This document shows positions 1 to 12,606 of a DNA stretch of 64,000 nucleotides, piece by piece. How positions within the stretch are numbered: position 1 is the stretch's first letter; the number at the start of each line of letters is the position of its first letter. The notes below the pieces were generated by a model. It searched no databases. It was given only the letters and a program-made list of their open reading frames with translations, and was not told the DNA's origin. Position numbers and translations under genes: made by a program. The stretch is from Octopus sinensis (Eukaryota), in contig NC_042999.1 of NCBI RefSeq assembly GCF_006345805.1, positions 14,942,001-15,006,000 of the forward strand, written 5' to 3'.

Positions 1-699
1 AGGAACCAAATGTAGCACGCAAGAGAGAAGACTATGTCAGTTTGGACATGTGATGTGTATGAATGAAGACAGCTGTGGAAGAGGGAAGCCCAAGATGACG
101 TGGGATGAAGCGGTAAGGACTGATATCAGGATGTTGGGCCTCATGGAGGAAATGACAATGGACAGAGATGTATGGCGATATGAAGTTCTTGAGAAGACCC
201 ATCCTCGTCAGTGAAATTGAGTTCCAGAAGTGCTGTGTGTTCCACCCACACTTAAGAAAATTTCTCACACACTCTACCACAACAAACCAAACCACATATC
301 TACATCTCTTCCTCACATTTCCACTTCATGCATTGGGCTTACCTCCCATTGCCCAATCCTGTCCTCTTGGCCCAATGCCACTGTCATTGCTCTCTGCTAG
401 CTTCCAACCATGCCCTGTCCTACTGTATCATTGTGTATGCTCAGCACGTTGCCACCATCTCTATTCTGCTTTCTCCCACTCTCTCTCTCTTGCTCCTTCT
501 CTTGCCCTTCCTTCAGGCTGGGTAACCATGTATTGCCTTTGTGGTAGCACACCTGTTTCTGTCTTCATTCCTGATCTCTCTCTCTCTCTCCCTGTCTCAC
601 TATAACCTTTCATCATTGACACAAGACCACCTCCTCCAATTCGCTCTCCCCTCTCAAAGGAGTCTTTTTCTTTCTTTCTTTGTCTTGTAAGTACTTGGT

Positions 700-980
700 G
701 ATCCTGTCAGTGCAGGTGCCACTTAAAAACACCCAGTCCTCAATGTAAAGTGGTTGGTTTTCGGAAGGGCATCCAACTGTAAAATCCTTGCCAAATCTGA
801 CCTTGTATGTGCTTGTGTCACGTAACAAGCACTAAGTCCACTGTGCTGAATGGTTGATGTTAGGAAGGGCATCCAGCTGTAAAAGTCCTGCCAAAACAGT
901 TACAGATTTCTGCCAGGTTGGCTCTTATCAAACCATCCCGCTCATGCCAGCATAGAAGGCAAATGATGATGATGATGATG
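700..980 (+). mobile_element. RTE LINE 3'UTR fragments
   Basis: GGAAGGGCATCCAGCTGTA core and (GAT)n tail. Confidence 0.65.
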
Positions 981-1009
981 AATATACACACAGAAACAAG
1001 AAAAAGGCT

Positions 1010-1853
1010 ATGTAAATGTGAGATATGGGTTCACATATGTCATATGAATATTGAAACATGGACATTGATGAAAACGCTGTCTGACAAACTAGAAGCTTTT
1101 GAAATGTGGACATAAAGATTAATGTTAAGAATATCTTGGATGAAACAGGAAATGAAAGAAAATGTGCTACAACTAGCAAACACAAAAAGATTGTTAATCT
1201 CAACAATTAAAGAGAAGGAAGCTGAAGTTCTTTGGTCACTTAGTAACAGTACAAGGTATATAGGAGTGACTTTGTCAATTCCTAGGGAGAGCTGTTTGTC
1301 AGCCACGTCTGGCCCCTGTGCCGGTGGCACATAAAAAGCACCCACTACACTCACGGTGTGGTTGGCATTAGGAAGGGCATCCAGCTGTAGAAACACTGCC
1401 AGATCAGACTGGAGTCTGGTGCAGCCTCCTGGCTTCCCAGACCCCAGTCGAACCGTCCAACCCATGCTAGCATGGAAAACGGACGTTAAACGATGATGAT
1501 GATGATGATGATGATGATGACCTGAAGAAATATCATATCAGACTATGGATGATTAAATAACAACGGTTATTATAGTCTAATGTTTGTATTATAATGCTTT
1601 GTTGTGTCATTCAAAACATTTTATTCTTCACAAACAACAATACACAATGCTTCAAGCAAACTACAATAACTCTCCTAACTGTAACTAAAAGCAAAAATGA
1701 ATTGTAAATGCTTGAGTGGAAGACTTAATTACAAACTGAATTAGTAACATTAAGGAGTGGAATAAACCATCATATGGGGAGTGTTGAAGAATGGAAGAGG
1801 AAAGACTGGAATGGAGATCCTCGATATTCAATCTGCTGAGAGCAGATGACTAC

Positions 1854-1906
<53 letters not shown>

Positions 1907-1915
1907 GATGATGAT

Positions 1916-1953
<38 letters not shown>

Positions 1954-1958
1954 GTGAT
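1010..1958 (+). mobile_element. RTE-clade LINE 3' fragment with (GAT)n tail, interrupted by other repeats
   Basis: ETWTLMKTLSDKLEAFEMWT*RLMLRISW motif; long (GAT)n at 1853-1958. Confidence 0.7.
1305..1520 (+). mobile_element. RTE LINE 3'UTR copy
   Basis: Homologous to 20915-21113; ends GGACGTTAAAC(GAT)n. Confidence 0.8.
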
Positions 1959-2634
1959 GTGTGTGTGTGTGTGTATAAATATATGGTACCATGTGATACC
2001 ATGGATTTTACTTACCTATTTTATTTTAAACTAACACCCAAATTCTCCTGTATCTCATTTATGACATTATTGTATGAATATCCTGGATGTGCCATCTCTC
2101 TATATTAAATTACTATGACCTTCCACTCTGAGGATTGTGGGTTTTCTCCTAAATATATATATATATATATATATATTGTTCTCTCTTCCGTCGAAATATA
2201 TCATAAATGACTTGAGGCCTTGTAACTGCCTGTTCTTATTTAATTTATCATACCTACATATAGATATTTATATAGAAAGCACATACACACACATCTGCAT
2301 TTACATGGGAATACTAATTACGATGATGATGAAGCTAAATTTCCTGTTGGTAACAGGACCTTGTGATTATTTATAACAATGGAGCGGATTTCCTCAATAG
2401 TATCTCATTATATTGTTGTAGCACCACTTCTGGTGTAAGAAATGTTTTAATAAAATGTAACGTTATAAAAAGAGACGTATCTAATTGTTGCATATTTTAT
2501 CATCTGATATTATACTAGCTAATTACTTTAGCCTTGCTCATTGTACCCTCAACATATGAATAAACTAATTGTGTGGAACTGAGAGAGAGAGAGAAGGAGA
2601 GAGAGGGAGGGAGGGATGAAAGGAGTGAAAGAGT

Positions 2635-2680
<46 letters not shown>

Positions 2681-2756
2681 GAGAGAGAGCATGTTCTGTA
2701 ATGGTTTTGGGGTTGGAAATTCATTATCCTGTATTAGAATGAGACGATTAGAATGA

Positions 2757-3171
2757 GGCTCAGGAGTGGCTGTGTGGTAAGTAGCTTGTTTATCAACCAC
2801 ATGGTTCCGGGTTCAGTCCCACTGCGTGGCACCTTGGGCAAGTGTCTTCTACTATAGCCACGGGCCGACCAAAGCCTTGTGAGTGGATTTGGTAGACGGA
2901 AACTGAAAGAAGCCCATCGTATATATGTATATATGTGTGTATGTGTGTGTGTTTGTGTGTCTGTGTTTGTCCCCCTAGCATTGCTTGACAACCGATGCTG
3001 GTGTATTTATGTCCCCGTTACTTAGCGGTTCGGCAAAAGAGACCGATAGAATAAGTACTGGGCTTACAAAAAGAATAAGTCCCGGGGTCGAGTTGCTCAA
3101 TTAAAGGCGGTGCTCCAGCATGGCCACAGTCAAATGACTGAAACAAGTAAAAGCGTAAAAGAGTAAAAGAG
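2757..3171 (+). mobile_element. tRNA-derived SINE family A (CORE-like segment, internal TA/TG microsatellite)
   Basis: A box TGGCTGTGTGG, B box GGTTCAGTCC, CCTTGGGCAAGT segment, (GTAAAAGA)n tail. Confidence 0.9.
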
Positions 3172-3421
3172 ATTGGGCATAGCTGTTTGGATGTGGACAA
3201 CATGGCATGACTGACTGGACATTCAAGCTTTTTGGTACTGGAGACACAAACACACACACACACTAACATACATACACACCATACACACACACACAAGCAA
3301 ATAGAAAAGCACACATATACATAGAAAGAGTGAGACAGAGAGAAGCGAAGAGAGAGAGAGAGAGGCATTACAATTTATTAATTGAACACTTTGATATAAA
3401 CATTTTCCCTATCTCCATACA

Positions 3422-3423
<2 letters not shown>

Positions 3424-3457
<34 letters not shown>

Positions 3458-3662
3458 TGTTTAACGTCTGCTTTCCATGCTAGCATGGGTTGGATGATTT
3501 GACTGAGGTCTGGCTAACCGGATGGCTGCACCAGGCTCCAATCTTGATCTGGCAGTGTTTCTACAGCTGGATGCCCTTCCTAACGCCAACCACTCCGAGA
3601 ATGTCGTAGGTGCTTTTACGTGCCACTGGCACAAGGGCCAGTCAGGTGGCACTGGCAACGAC
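3424..3662 (-). mobile_element. RTE LINE 3'UTR copy
   Basis: Same family on the minus strand with a (CAT)n tail. Confidence 0.8.
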
Positions 3663-3960
3663 TATACTTGAATGGTGCATGCTACCGGCATGGGACCAGT
3701 CAGGGAACAGATTGAATAAATATCTATATCTATATATATATACATACACTTCATCTTACATTGCTCTGTGATCACTTCGACACTTGGCACGTGGTACACT
3801 GTGCACTTATTCAGACAACATTGATTTGATGGAGGGAATGAGCTAATGCCCCACACATACATTTGATCCCTATATACAAATCATTTATTCAGATCGTTCA
3901 TTGAAAGCTGAATATTCATACCGCATCTTCAACGGGAGAGTCCATCATATATATATATAT

Positions 3961-4310
3961 AGGGAGAGTTTACGAAAAAAACAAAAGACGAAGACAGGTG
4001 GTGTACAAAACAAACAGATGTATTAGTATAACGCTCAGGAACAGAAAAAGTCTTTTACATTTCGAGCCTATGCTCTTGTACAGAAAGGGACAGAAAAAAA
4101 CAAGGAGAGAAACAAGTAGAGAAAAAAAAGTGTGTGTAGTGGCTAACGATCTATCATGGCGACTGACTGCTGGACAGAAGGGTCACACAAGAGAGCGAAG
4201 AAGTAGGGGAGATAACAAAGTAAAGATGACCCCCAACACGAAGGTGCGTGTGTGTATAAGAGAGTATGTATCTGCGTGTGAAAGAGGGCTGGTGGTCGGA
4301 CGTGTACGTG
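3961..4310 (-). mobile_element. Solo PLE pLTR fragment with decayed hammerhead
   Basis: Reverse complement is homologous to 7000-7365 (CTTTCTGTACAAGAGCATAGGCTCGAAATGTAAAAGAC) and ends in (TA)n at 3947-3960. Confidence 0.8.
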
Positions 4311-4334
4311 TATGTATGTGTAGGTGTGAAAAAA

Positions 4335-4602
4335 AAAAATATATATATATATATGGTGACAAAGGGCTTCTCCCTCAGGGTGAAAGATAGATTGTATGAT
4401 GCATGTATGTGAACTGCCATGCTTCACTGCAGTGAAACATGGGCTGTGACTGCTGAAGACATGCATAGGTTTGAAAGAAATGAAGCTAGCATGATCCATT
4501 GAATGTGTAATGTCAGTGTAAGCACCCTGAGAGAAATGTTGGACATAAGAAGCATTGGATGTGGTGTGCAAGAGAGACGTCTGTGTTGGAGTGGTCATGT
4601 AC
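4335..4602 (+). mobile_element. RTE LINE RT C-terminal fragment
   Basis: LERNEASM..MCNVSV..LREMLDIRSIGCGVQERRLCWSGHVL-like translation. Confidence 0.7.
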
Positions 4603-5009
4603 TATTAGGGGTGTATATTCCAGGTGTGCTAGGTGTGCACTACACGCCCATTGTAAATGGCAAATTCATTATAAATATTGACCTTACTCTCAAATCTTAA
4701 TGGAAAACTTTTGTTACACCCCTGCTTGAAATTTGCCAGCACTGGGTATGGCAGCACACCCAGTACAAAAACTACCATACTCCACTGCTATCAATGTCAC
4801 ATCACATGGCCTTTATAGTTTCACAGAGCATTGAACAGCAGACATTACATCAGCATTTTGATATCCTGCATGAACCATCATGATACAAGTCACTCTTTTC
4901 CATTATTCTGATGGCTTCTAGTTTTCCATGTCAGCTAATTTTTTCTCAACTACAACTTAAAACTTTATGCTCTCCAATGTTGTTGACTCTTCACTGATTT
5001 TTGTTTGTT

Positions 5010-5304
5010 CCTTCTTGAGCCATGCCTGGCTCATACGGGCTGGTTTCCCGGTTTCTTTGGCGTATACGTTCCCCACCTGGACGGGATGCCGGTCCACCGC
5101 AGCTGAGCTGCAAGATACAGTAGGAAAGAGTGAGAGAAAGTTGTGGCGAAAGAGTCAGCAGAAGTTGGCCATTACCTTCTGCCAGAGCCACGTGGAGCTT
5201 AGGTGTTTCACTCATAAACACACACATCGCCTGGTCTGAGATTTGAACCCACGATCCCTCAACCGCGAATCCGCTGCTCTAACCACTAGGCCATGTGCCT
5301 CCAC
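5010..5304 (-). mobile_element. SINE family C-related
   Basis: tRNA-like head at 5230-5304; tail similar to the 30415 copy. Another head at 45932-46042. Confidence 0.8.
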
Positions 5305-5898
5305 TCTTCACTGATACATCAAGCTGTTTCCAAAAAAAAGGACACATAAGAAATCATCCAACTGGCAGCTATTAGCATGCTGGATAAAATGCTTAGCACT
5401 GTTTTATCTGTCCTTTAGTTCTGAGTTCAAGTTTCACAAAGGCTGACTTTCTTTACCTTTCATCTTTTCAGTCGATAAAACAAGTACCAGTTGAGTACGG
5501 ATTGGTGTAATCAACTTAACTATTGCTTGGTAAGCATATAAAAACTCTACCCTCTGCCAGCCCTTATCAAACTAGTGTGGCTGAAGAGCCATTCAAATCA
5601 GAATGATCTGAAGCTGAAATTCACAGCCTCCACATCAGACCATGATTGATGGAGGGAACATATAGAGGCCTTCATCCTGCGGTAGACTCAACATAGGCAA
5701 TCCAATCCAATCCAAAGAATTTAGGCTGAACATCCTGTATATACCATAAAACTGAGGTTAGCTCTGGCCTTTTGAGAGTTAGGGCTCATGATAGACCTAA
5801 GTTTAAGTCAGTCAACACAGCTTTTATTACTTACAAAATTATTCAGCAAACCTTCTCACACAGTTGCTGGGTTAGTTGGGAATTGATTAGCATAACTA

Positions 5899-6364
5899 TG
5901 TAGTGACGCTACTGTGTAAGTTTCAGCGCACATGCGCAGAATTGGATTACTTCCAGTTGGCCACCTGAAGTTTTCCTCATGCGCATGTGCAGGAACTGGA
6001 ACCTAAAAGCCTGACCGCTGAATCGGTCTTTCTGGCATGAGTAGTGCTAGCGATCGGACGTGGCTTGACTTTCTCTCAGGAAACAACCCTACACTCAGAG
6101 AACCTCACCCCAACGAAGCGGGAGCGAACCGACGAATCGTCTTGACTCGCATGAGAAAGCATCGCAACCAGTCCTGCGGATTCGGCTGGCGGTTTCCCAC
6201 TAGAGATACACGTGCACTAGTTCTTACCTGTAACTGCAGAATAAACCACCACTTACTGTTATCGAAGACCGCCTGACTTTGTCTCCGTTTATTCAACTTA
6301 AATCGTATGTGACAGGATCAGATCAGACACCCCTCCAGTGTTCCTGAACTCTCATCCTGTTACA
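5899..6364 (+). mobile_element. Candidate solo LTR
   Basis: TGTA...TACA termini, 466 bp, CpG-rich relative to flanks, AATAAA at 6240. TSD imperfect. Confidence 0.45.
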
Positions 6365-6646
6365 ACCTGTTTAACATTTATGTATTATGTTTAACTCTTT
6401 TCATACTAACCTGCCCAAGATTGTCGTTGCTTCTATGATACAAGCTTCCTATATAAAGTGATTTAAATTAAAATTTCCCATTAAAATTCCATGTTTATTA
6501 TAGTTCCAATTAGCAGATTGATAATGACTGAGATGTTTTACTAAATTCTTTATTATTATAGGCACAGGAGTGGCTGTGTGGTAAGTAGTTTGCTTACTAA
6601 CCACATGGTTCCAAATTAGCACTGTAACATTCAGACAATATATATA

Positions 6647-6803
6647 TTGGTGTTAGGAAGGGCATCCAGCTGTAGAAACACTGCCAGATCAGACTGGAGC
6701 CTAGTGCAGCCTCCTGGTTTCCCAGACCCCGGTCGAACCGTCCAGCCCATGGTAGTATGGAAAACGGACATTAAACGATGATGATGATGATGATGATGAT
6801 GAT
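6647..6803 (+). mobile_element. RTE LINE 3'UTR copy
   Basis: Family core plus (GAT)n tail. Confidence 0.8.
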
Positions 6804-6868
6804 ATATATATATATATATCTAAATACACACACACACATATAAACATATGTGTATATATATATATATA

Positions 6869-7367
6869 TATACATACTAATACGTACTAATACATACTAA
6901 TACATACTAATACATACACCAACCCCATACATACGCACGTCCAGACCAATCCTACGCACTAATACTCTCTCATACACACACACACACACACCCTTATACA
7001 TACTAATACATACACCAACCCTATACATACACACATCCAGACCCCTCCCACGCACTTTTAGCTGGTCCCTCAACCCTTTTATCAACCCTATTATCTCCCC
7101 TTATTTCGCTCTCGCGTCTCATGTTTGATCTTTGACCTCTGGCCGAAATCAGATCGCCATGTTGATTCGTTAGCTACTGCACGCATTTTTTTTCTCTCCT
7201 CTTTCTGTGTTTTTCTCTCTCTGTGTATCTTTCTGTTGAAGAGCGTAGGCTCGAAACGTTAAAGACTTGTTTTATTTATATTTCCTGAGCGCCATACTAA
7301 TACAATTGTTCGTTTGTTTTCCACCTGCCTTCGTCTTTTGTTTATTTTCATAAAGCTTCCCGTTATA
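6869..7367 (+). repeat. Left (5'-truncated) pseudo-LTR of the PLE
   Basis: Matches 11276-11773 except one substitution and one 1-nt indel seen by eye. Confidence 0.95.
7228..7265 (+). ncRNA. Minimal type-I hammerhead ribozyme motif, variant core, in left pLTR
   Basis: TCTTT-CTGTTGA-A-GAGC(GTAG)GCTC-GAAAC-GTT-AAAGA. Helix I TCTTT/AAAGA, helix II GAGC/GCTC, palindromic AACGTT in place of helix III. Confidence 0.75.
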
Positions 7368-7970
7368 TATTATGCGCTCACGTGGTCTCACTTTCATCCT
7401 ATATTCTACCAATACCACTATCAACACTTACCTCTACCTTGGATTTTCTTTACCTCTTGGATACGTACCATTGCTGCACCTCTCTTCGCGGATCAAAGTG
7501 ACTTTGCATTGATGTGAATCCTTAAAAGAATACACGACGTCTCACACATTTCTCACCTTGGAACTTTCAACCTTGAACTTGTTCGCATAAACTGTCCCGT
7601 TTGTTGTATTTTTATTTTCTCTTATATTACCACTTTTTTTACATTTCATGCTTTCCACATTTTCCTGAATTTTTGTTCTCCTTTCCGTCTTTCTTCCCTC
7701 TCTGGATGTTCATACTCCGTTTCCTCTGCCTGCCCCCTTTTTTTGCCTCCTTCTCTCTCTGCTTCCCTTCTTTCTTTCCCTTTTCCGTTTGCCCCGTCTT
7801 TTCTGCCCCTATCGCTTACTTATCTAGTTTTTCATACGATTATTTTTTTTGTTTTTTTGAACGTTTGTTTTCCCCTTTTCGCTATCCTTTTTTTCTATTT
7901 TTTTCATACGATAATTTTTGTTTTTTGTTTTTTTTTGTTTTTTCGAACGTTTTTTTCCCGCTAATCCATC

Positions 7971-10850
7971 ATGCCGGATCCTAGGTCCTACCTCCTCACC
8001 CTCCATCACCGTTTGAAGGATCATCTACATTCGCTTCCTGTATATTGCCTTCAGCCGTCCGTTAATCTCTCTCTACTTCTTTTTAAAAAAACCCGCTTCT
8101 CTAGCCATGTCTCTTTCCTAAGCCGCTGCCTACATCACCGACTCATCCCTAAAGGTTTCTGCCTCCACTTCCACCCTGCTCTCCACTCGGATTCTTCCAT
8201 CTTACCCATACTCCGCACCACATCTTACCGCCTTATGCGGGCCACATTCGCTCCAATCTCTCCAAACTACATGCCATCAACCGCCTTCTTCCCCTGCTTT
8301 CTCCACCTTCTTCTCCTCTCTGCCGCTCTCTATGCTCCAAACACGCTACACTTCATATCCATTTGAATCAACTCTTCCATCAATTTCTTTCTGATACCAA
8401 ACTTCGTAAACTCCAATCACTCTTCCATTCGACCTACCCGACGCCACTACCCCAAACTCCTCCACCACCCTTCTCCCCTCCCGATAGGCTCATCCCACCA
8501 CACCTAACCCCACTGCCCCTCCCTACAACCCCTTCTCCCCTCCCGTTAGGCTCCATCCACCTACACCTAACCCTACTGCCCCGCCCAACCACCCCCCACA
8601 CACCTCCCCAATCCCTCCCCCTCAGACCTCCACGAGACCTACCACCCCTCCTACTTCTATTCCACCCACCCCTTCTCCACTTCCGTCTGGTGTTACCATC
8701 CCCCGATCTTCCCCTCTCTGCGGCTGAACGCTCCGTCCTTGGTAGGGGTCTGCGTTTCATCCCCCTCACTCCATCCTGTAAGGAATTCCAGACGCGAGTT
8801 GATGTCCACAGCTTTGTGCGCCGTGTCCGGTTGGGTGCGCATTACCACGACTCGCCACCCACACCCACGAAGAGGACGACTGCTTCACTGGCCTGGGCCG
8901 CCGACCATCCGTGGACGCCTGCCCCGGCCAGATCCTAGCAGTGGATCTTTTCGCGGGGCTTGTCAGCGTGCATTGGAGCGGTTCAACTTCTCCAGGCGCC
9001 AACGCCGCCTCAACATCTCCCCGGCTGAGCTCTTGGCTCTTCGTTCCCTCCAACGGCGCGCTGACATTATCATCAAACCGGCTGACAAGGGTGGAGCTGT
9101 AGTGGTGTGGCGCGCGGACCTCTATAGGGCCGAGGCTTTCCGCCAACTCAATGACACCTCCTTCTATTCCCCTCTGCCCTCTAACCCCACACGTAGCTAC
9201 AACAGACGGTATCCTCTACTGTCCAAGACCTCATCTCGTCCTCCCGTCTCCCCCGCACCGCATCCAACCTAATTGTGCGAACCCCACGTACCCCCACCAT
9301 TTACTTCTCCCCAAAATCCACAAACCCAACAACCCTGGCCGCCCCATCGTCTCCGCCTGTAACTGCCCCACGGAGCTCATCTCTAAATACCTCGACCGTG
9401 TCCTTGCCCCCCTAGTGGCATCTCTTCCCTCCCACATCCACGATACCAACCATGCTCTCCGGCTTTTCAACTCTTTCTCCTTTCCTCCAAAATCCTTTTT
9501 ACTATGGACATCCAAAGCCTCTATACTGTTATGCCTCACCACGAAGGACTGCAGGCCCTTCGACACTTTTTTGACCTCCGCTCTAACCCTGTACCTGACA
9601 CCTCCACACTCATTCGTCTGGCCGAACTTGTCCTTACTCTGAACTGCTTCTCGTTCGCGGGCGAGTTCTACCATCAGGTCTCGGGAGTGGCCATGGGAAC
9701 GCGAATGGGCCCCAACTATGCGAACCTGTTCGTTGGCTATGTTGAGGCCCAAATATTCTCTAATTTCACTGGTCCCACTCCTGAACTATATGGTCGTTAT
9801 ATTGACGACATTATCGGTGCCACCTCACTCTCCTGCGAACATCTAGATTCCTTCCTCTCTTTCGTCCAATCTTTCCATCCAGCCCTCCACTTCACTTCCA
9901 CTATCTCCAACACCTCTGTCTCCTTCCTCGACATTTCGGTTAGCATTCTTCACTCCACTCTTACCACCTCCATTCACTAAAAACACACAGACTCACACTC
10001 ATACCTCAACTTCTCTTCCTCCCACCCAGAACACACCAAGCTTTCCATCCCCTATTCCCAATTCCTCCGTCTACGTAGGCTCTGTAGTGACGACCATGAC
10101 TTTGAGACTCAGTCTCAACGTATGGCTCACCACTTCACCCTACGTGGATACCCCCTCACCACTATCCACACCGCCCTTGCCAGAGCACGGTCCGTGGACC
10201 GTGTATCTGCTCTCTCTCCCGAACCCGCCCTGTAGTCTCCACCTCCTTTTCCCCTCACTTACCACCCCACGACCCTACGTCTCCAACGCACCATTCTTCG
10301 AGCTTTCCGTCATCTCCAGTCCGACCCGTCCACTTCACACCTCTTCCCTAACCGACCCCTCCCCTCTTTCAAACGAGCCCACAACCTTCGAGACCTTTTG
10401 GTCCATAGCTCCTTCCCTGACCCTACCTCCAACCGGCTCGTTCCCCTGCTCCCGCCCACGTTGCCGCACTTGCCCTTACCTCTCCAACACCACCCGCCTC
10501 ACTAGCACCCACCATCGACCCTATCCCATCATCCACTCCTTCACCTGCACCTCCAGCAATATTATCTATTGCATCTCTTGCTCTCTCTGCAATTCCTTGT
10601 ACATCGGACAAACGGGACGCCGCTTGGCTGACCGGTTCGCGGAACACCTTCGTGACATCCACCTTGCGAACGACACACCGGTCTCACGCCATTTCCGCTC
10701 CACCGGTCACTCCTTGCAACACCTATCTGTGTTCGGTTTGTCCTTACACAGAGGCCATCCGGATTCCCGTTTGCGCCGTGAACAGGAATTAATCTTCTCT
10801 CTTCGCTCTTATACGCCATTTGGTCTCAACTCTCCCCCCTCCTCATCTAA
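7971..10850 (+). pseudogene. PLE polyprotein (reverse transcriptase + Zn-finger-like linker + GIY-YIG endonuclease), frameshifted
   Basis: Motifs in order across ORF pieces: IIKPADKGGAVVVW, LPKIHKPNNPGRPIVS, MDIQSLYT, GVAMGTRMGPNYANLFVG, RYIDDI, FLDI, CSRPRCRTC, NIIYCISC..YIGQTGRRLADRFAEH, RREQELI..PFGLN. Several frameshifts and a stop at 9978-9980. Confidence 0.93.
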
Positions 10851-11275
10851 ACCCCCTCTCCCCCCTCCTCACCTATCCTTTCTCCCCCGAACCCTACTTC
10901 TTCAGTCCTTCATCCTTTCACCCTACTCCCCTTCCCCTCTTCCCTCTTTCTCCCTCCCTCTTCCCCTTCCCTCTGCTCCCTCTCTCCCCCTCTCCCTCTT
11001 TCCTCCTCATCCCCCTCCTCCCCTTCCTTTCTCCCCATCCTCTCCTCTTCCCCTTCTTCCTTCCCCTCCCCTTCTCTCCCCCTCCCCCTCTTCTCCACTA
11101 CACCACATGACTTTACACATCACATCACATATGATGTGCCATACTAATACACACACCAACTAATACATACTAATACGTACTAATACATACTAGTACATAC
11201 TAATACTTACACCAACCCTATACATACACACGTCCAGACCCCGCATACGCACTTATACTCTCTCACACACACACC

Positions 11276-11773
11276 TATACATACTAATACGTACTAATAC
11301 ATACTAATACATACTAATACATACACCAACCCCATACATACGCACGTCCAGACCAATCCTATGCACTAATACTCTCTCATACACACACACACACACACCC
11401 TTATACATACTAATACATACACCAACCCTATACATACACACATCCAGACCCCTCCCACGCACTTTTAGCTGGTCCCTCAACCCTTTTATCAACCCTATTA
11501 TCTCCCCTTATTTCGCTCTCGCGTCTCATGTTTGATCTTTGACCTCTGGCCGAAATCAGATCGCCATGTTGATTCGTTAGCTACTGCACGCATTTTTTTT
11601 CTCTCCTCTTTCTGTGTTTTTCTCTCTCTGTGTATCTTTCTGTGAAGAGCGTAGGCTCGAAACGTTAAAGACTTGTTTTATTTATATTTCCTGAGCGCCA
11701 TACTAATACAATTGTTCGTTTGTTTTCCACCTGCCTTCGTCTTTTGTTTATTTTCATAAAGCTTCCCGTTATA
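11276..11773 (+). repeat. Right pseudo-LTR of the PLE
   Basis: Direct repeat of 6869-7367, followed by (TA)n. Confidence 0.95.
11635..11671 (+). ncRNA. Minimal hammerhead motif in right pLTR (1-nt core deletion)
   Basis: TCTTT-CTGTGA-A-GAGC(GTAG)GCTC-GAAACGTT-AAAGA. Confidence 0.65.
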
Positions 11774-11778
11774 ATATA

Positions 11779-11821
<43 letters not shown>

Positions 11822-12284
11822 CATACACACACACACACACACACATACATATATACATGGATGATGGATATGGACACACCCACACAGGTATGTACATAAA
11901 AGAAAATATATGTTTACATCTAAAATAACATTTACACATACGCAATTAGAGAACAATGCAAATTTTTATATTGTTATGCAACACAGGTATTGAAATAGTT
12001 TGACAAATTATTCACGCATTAGATGTATATTGCGCCATAGAAATATAATCTTAGTGATTTAACATTTAATGAATGTAAACAGTGTTAAAAGAAATAAAGG
12101 GGAAAAGTGTCTTCAAACAACTGAAGCATAAAATAAGTCCTACTTTTTTCTATAGAATTTATATAAGTGTAAATAATTTTATGATAGCAATTCATTTTTT
12201 TTTCATTTTATTTCCTGAGGTGTGTATTAGAAAGTAAAACTTATATTCACAGAATAATCGGTCTGTATCAGAACAATTTCCCCG

Positions 12285-12422
12285 CTAGGACAATTAACCC
12301 CCCACCCAAATAGGACAATCACCCTCGACAACAACTATTCCCTCTACAATATATTAGGAAGTTTTATATCATTATCTGTTGTCCTCAGGGGTAATTGCCC
12401 TTGGCGGGGTTATGTCCTAGTC
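12285..12422. repeat. Small MITE-like inverted repeat
   Basis: CTAGGACAATTAACCCC / GGGGTTATGTCCTAG with internal GGACAAT repeats. Confidence 0.5.
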
Positions 12423-12606
12423 TCAAATAATCAGCATGTTTTTCTATCTTTAGAGCTAAAAATTCCACAGTGATCTGTTCCAACTGCTTAAATTTTAAAA
12501 TTCTTTACCTGGTTGTTTCTGTAGAAGCATTTACATTGCCTGGCCCCGTGATTTAGTTTCCTGGTTTAAAGCTTGAGCATAATGTCCAGTGTGCAATGAC
12601 AATATT

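Larger units (their letters stand above)
6869..11773 (+). mobile_element. Penelope-like retroelement (GIY-YIG endonuclease-bearing, Neptune-like), near full length, with direct pLTRs
   Basis: ~500-bp direct repeats at 6869-7367 and 11276-11773 flank an RT + GIY-YIG coding region. Both outer flanks are (TA)n-rich. Confidence 0.95.

Noticed and set aside
9978-9980. Possible recoded stop (selenocysteine) in the PLE ORF
   Set aside because: The codon is TAA, not TGA, at a position where Tyr is expected, so a mutation or sequencing error is more likely.
10850-11163. Pro/Ser/Leu-rich extension of ORF 10087-11163
   Set aside because: Read-through into a polypyrimidine tract after the endonuclease end.
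6869-11773. LTR retrotransposon interpretation of the direct repeats
   Set aside because: No TG..CA ends, gag, protease or integrase. The RT and GIY-YIG domains are PLE-type.
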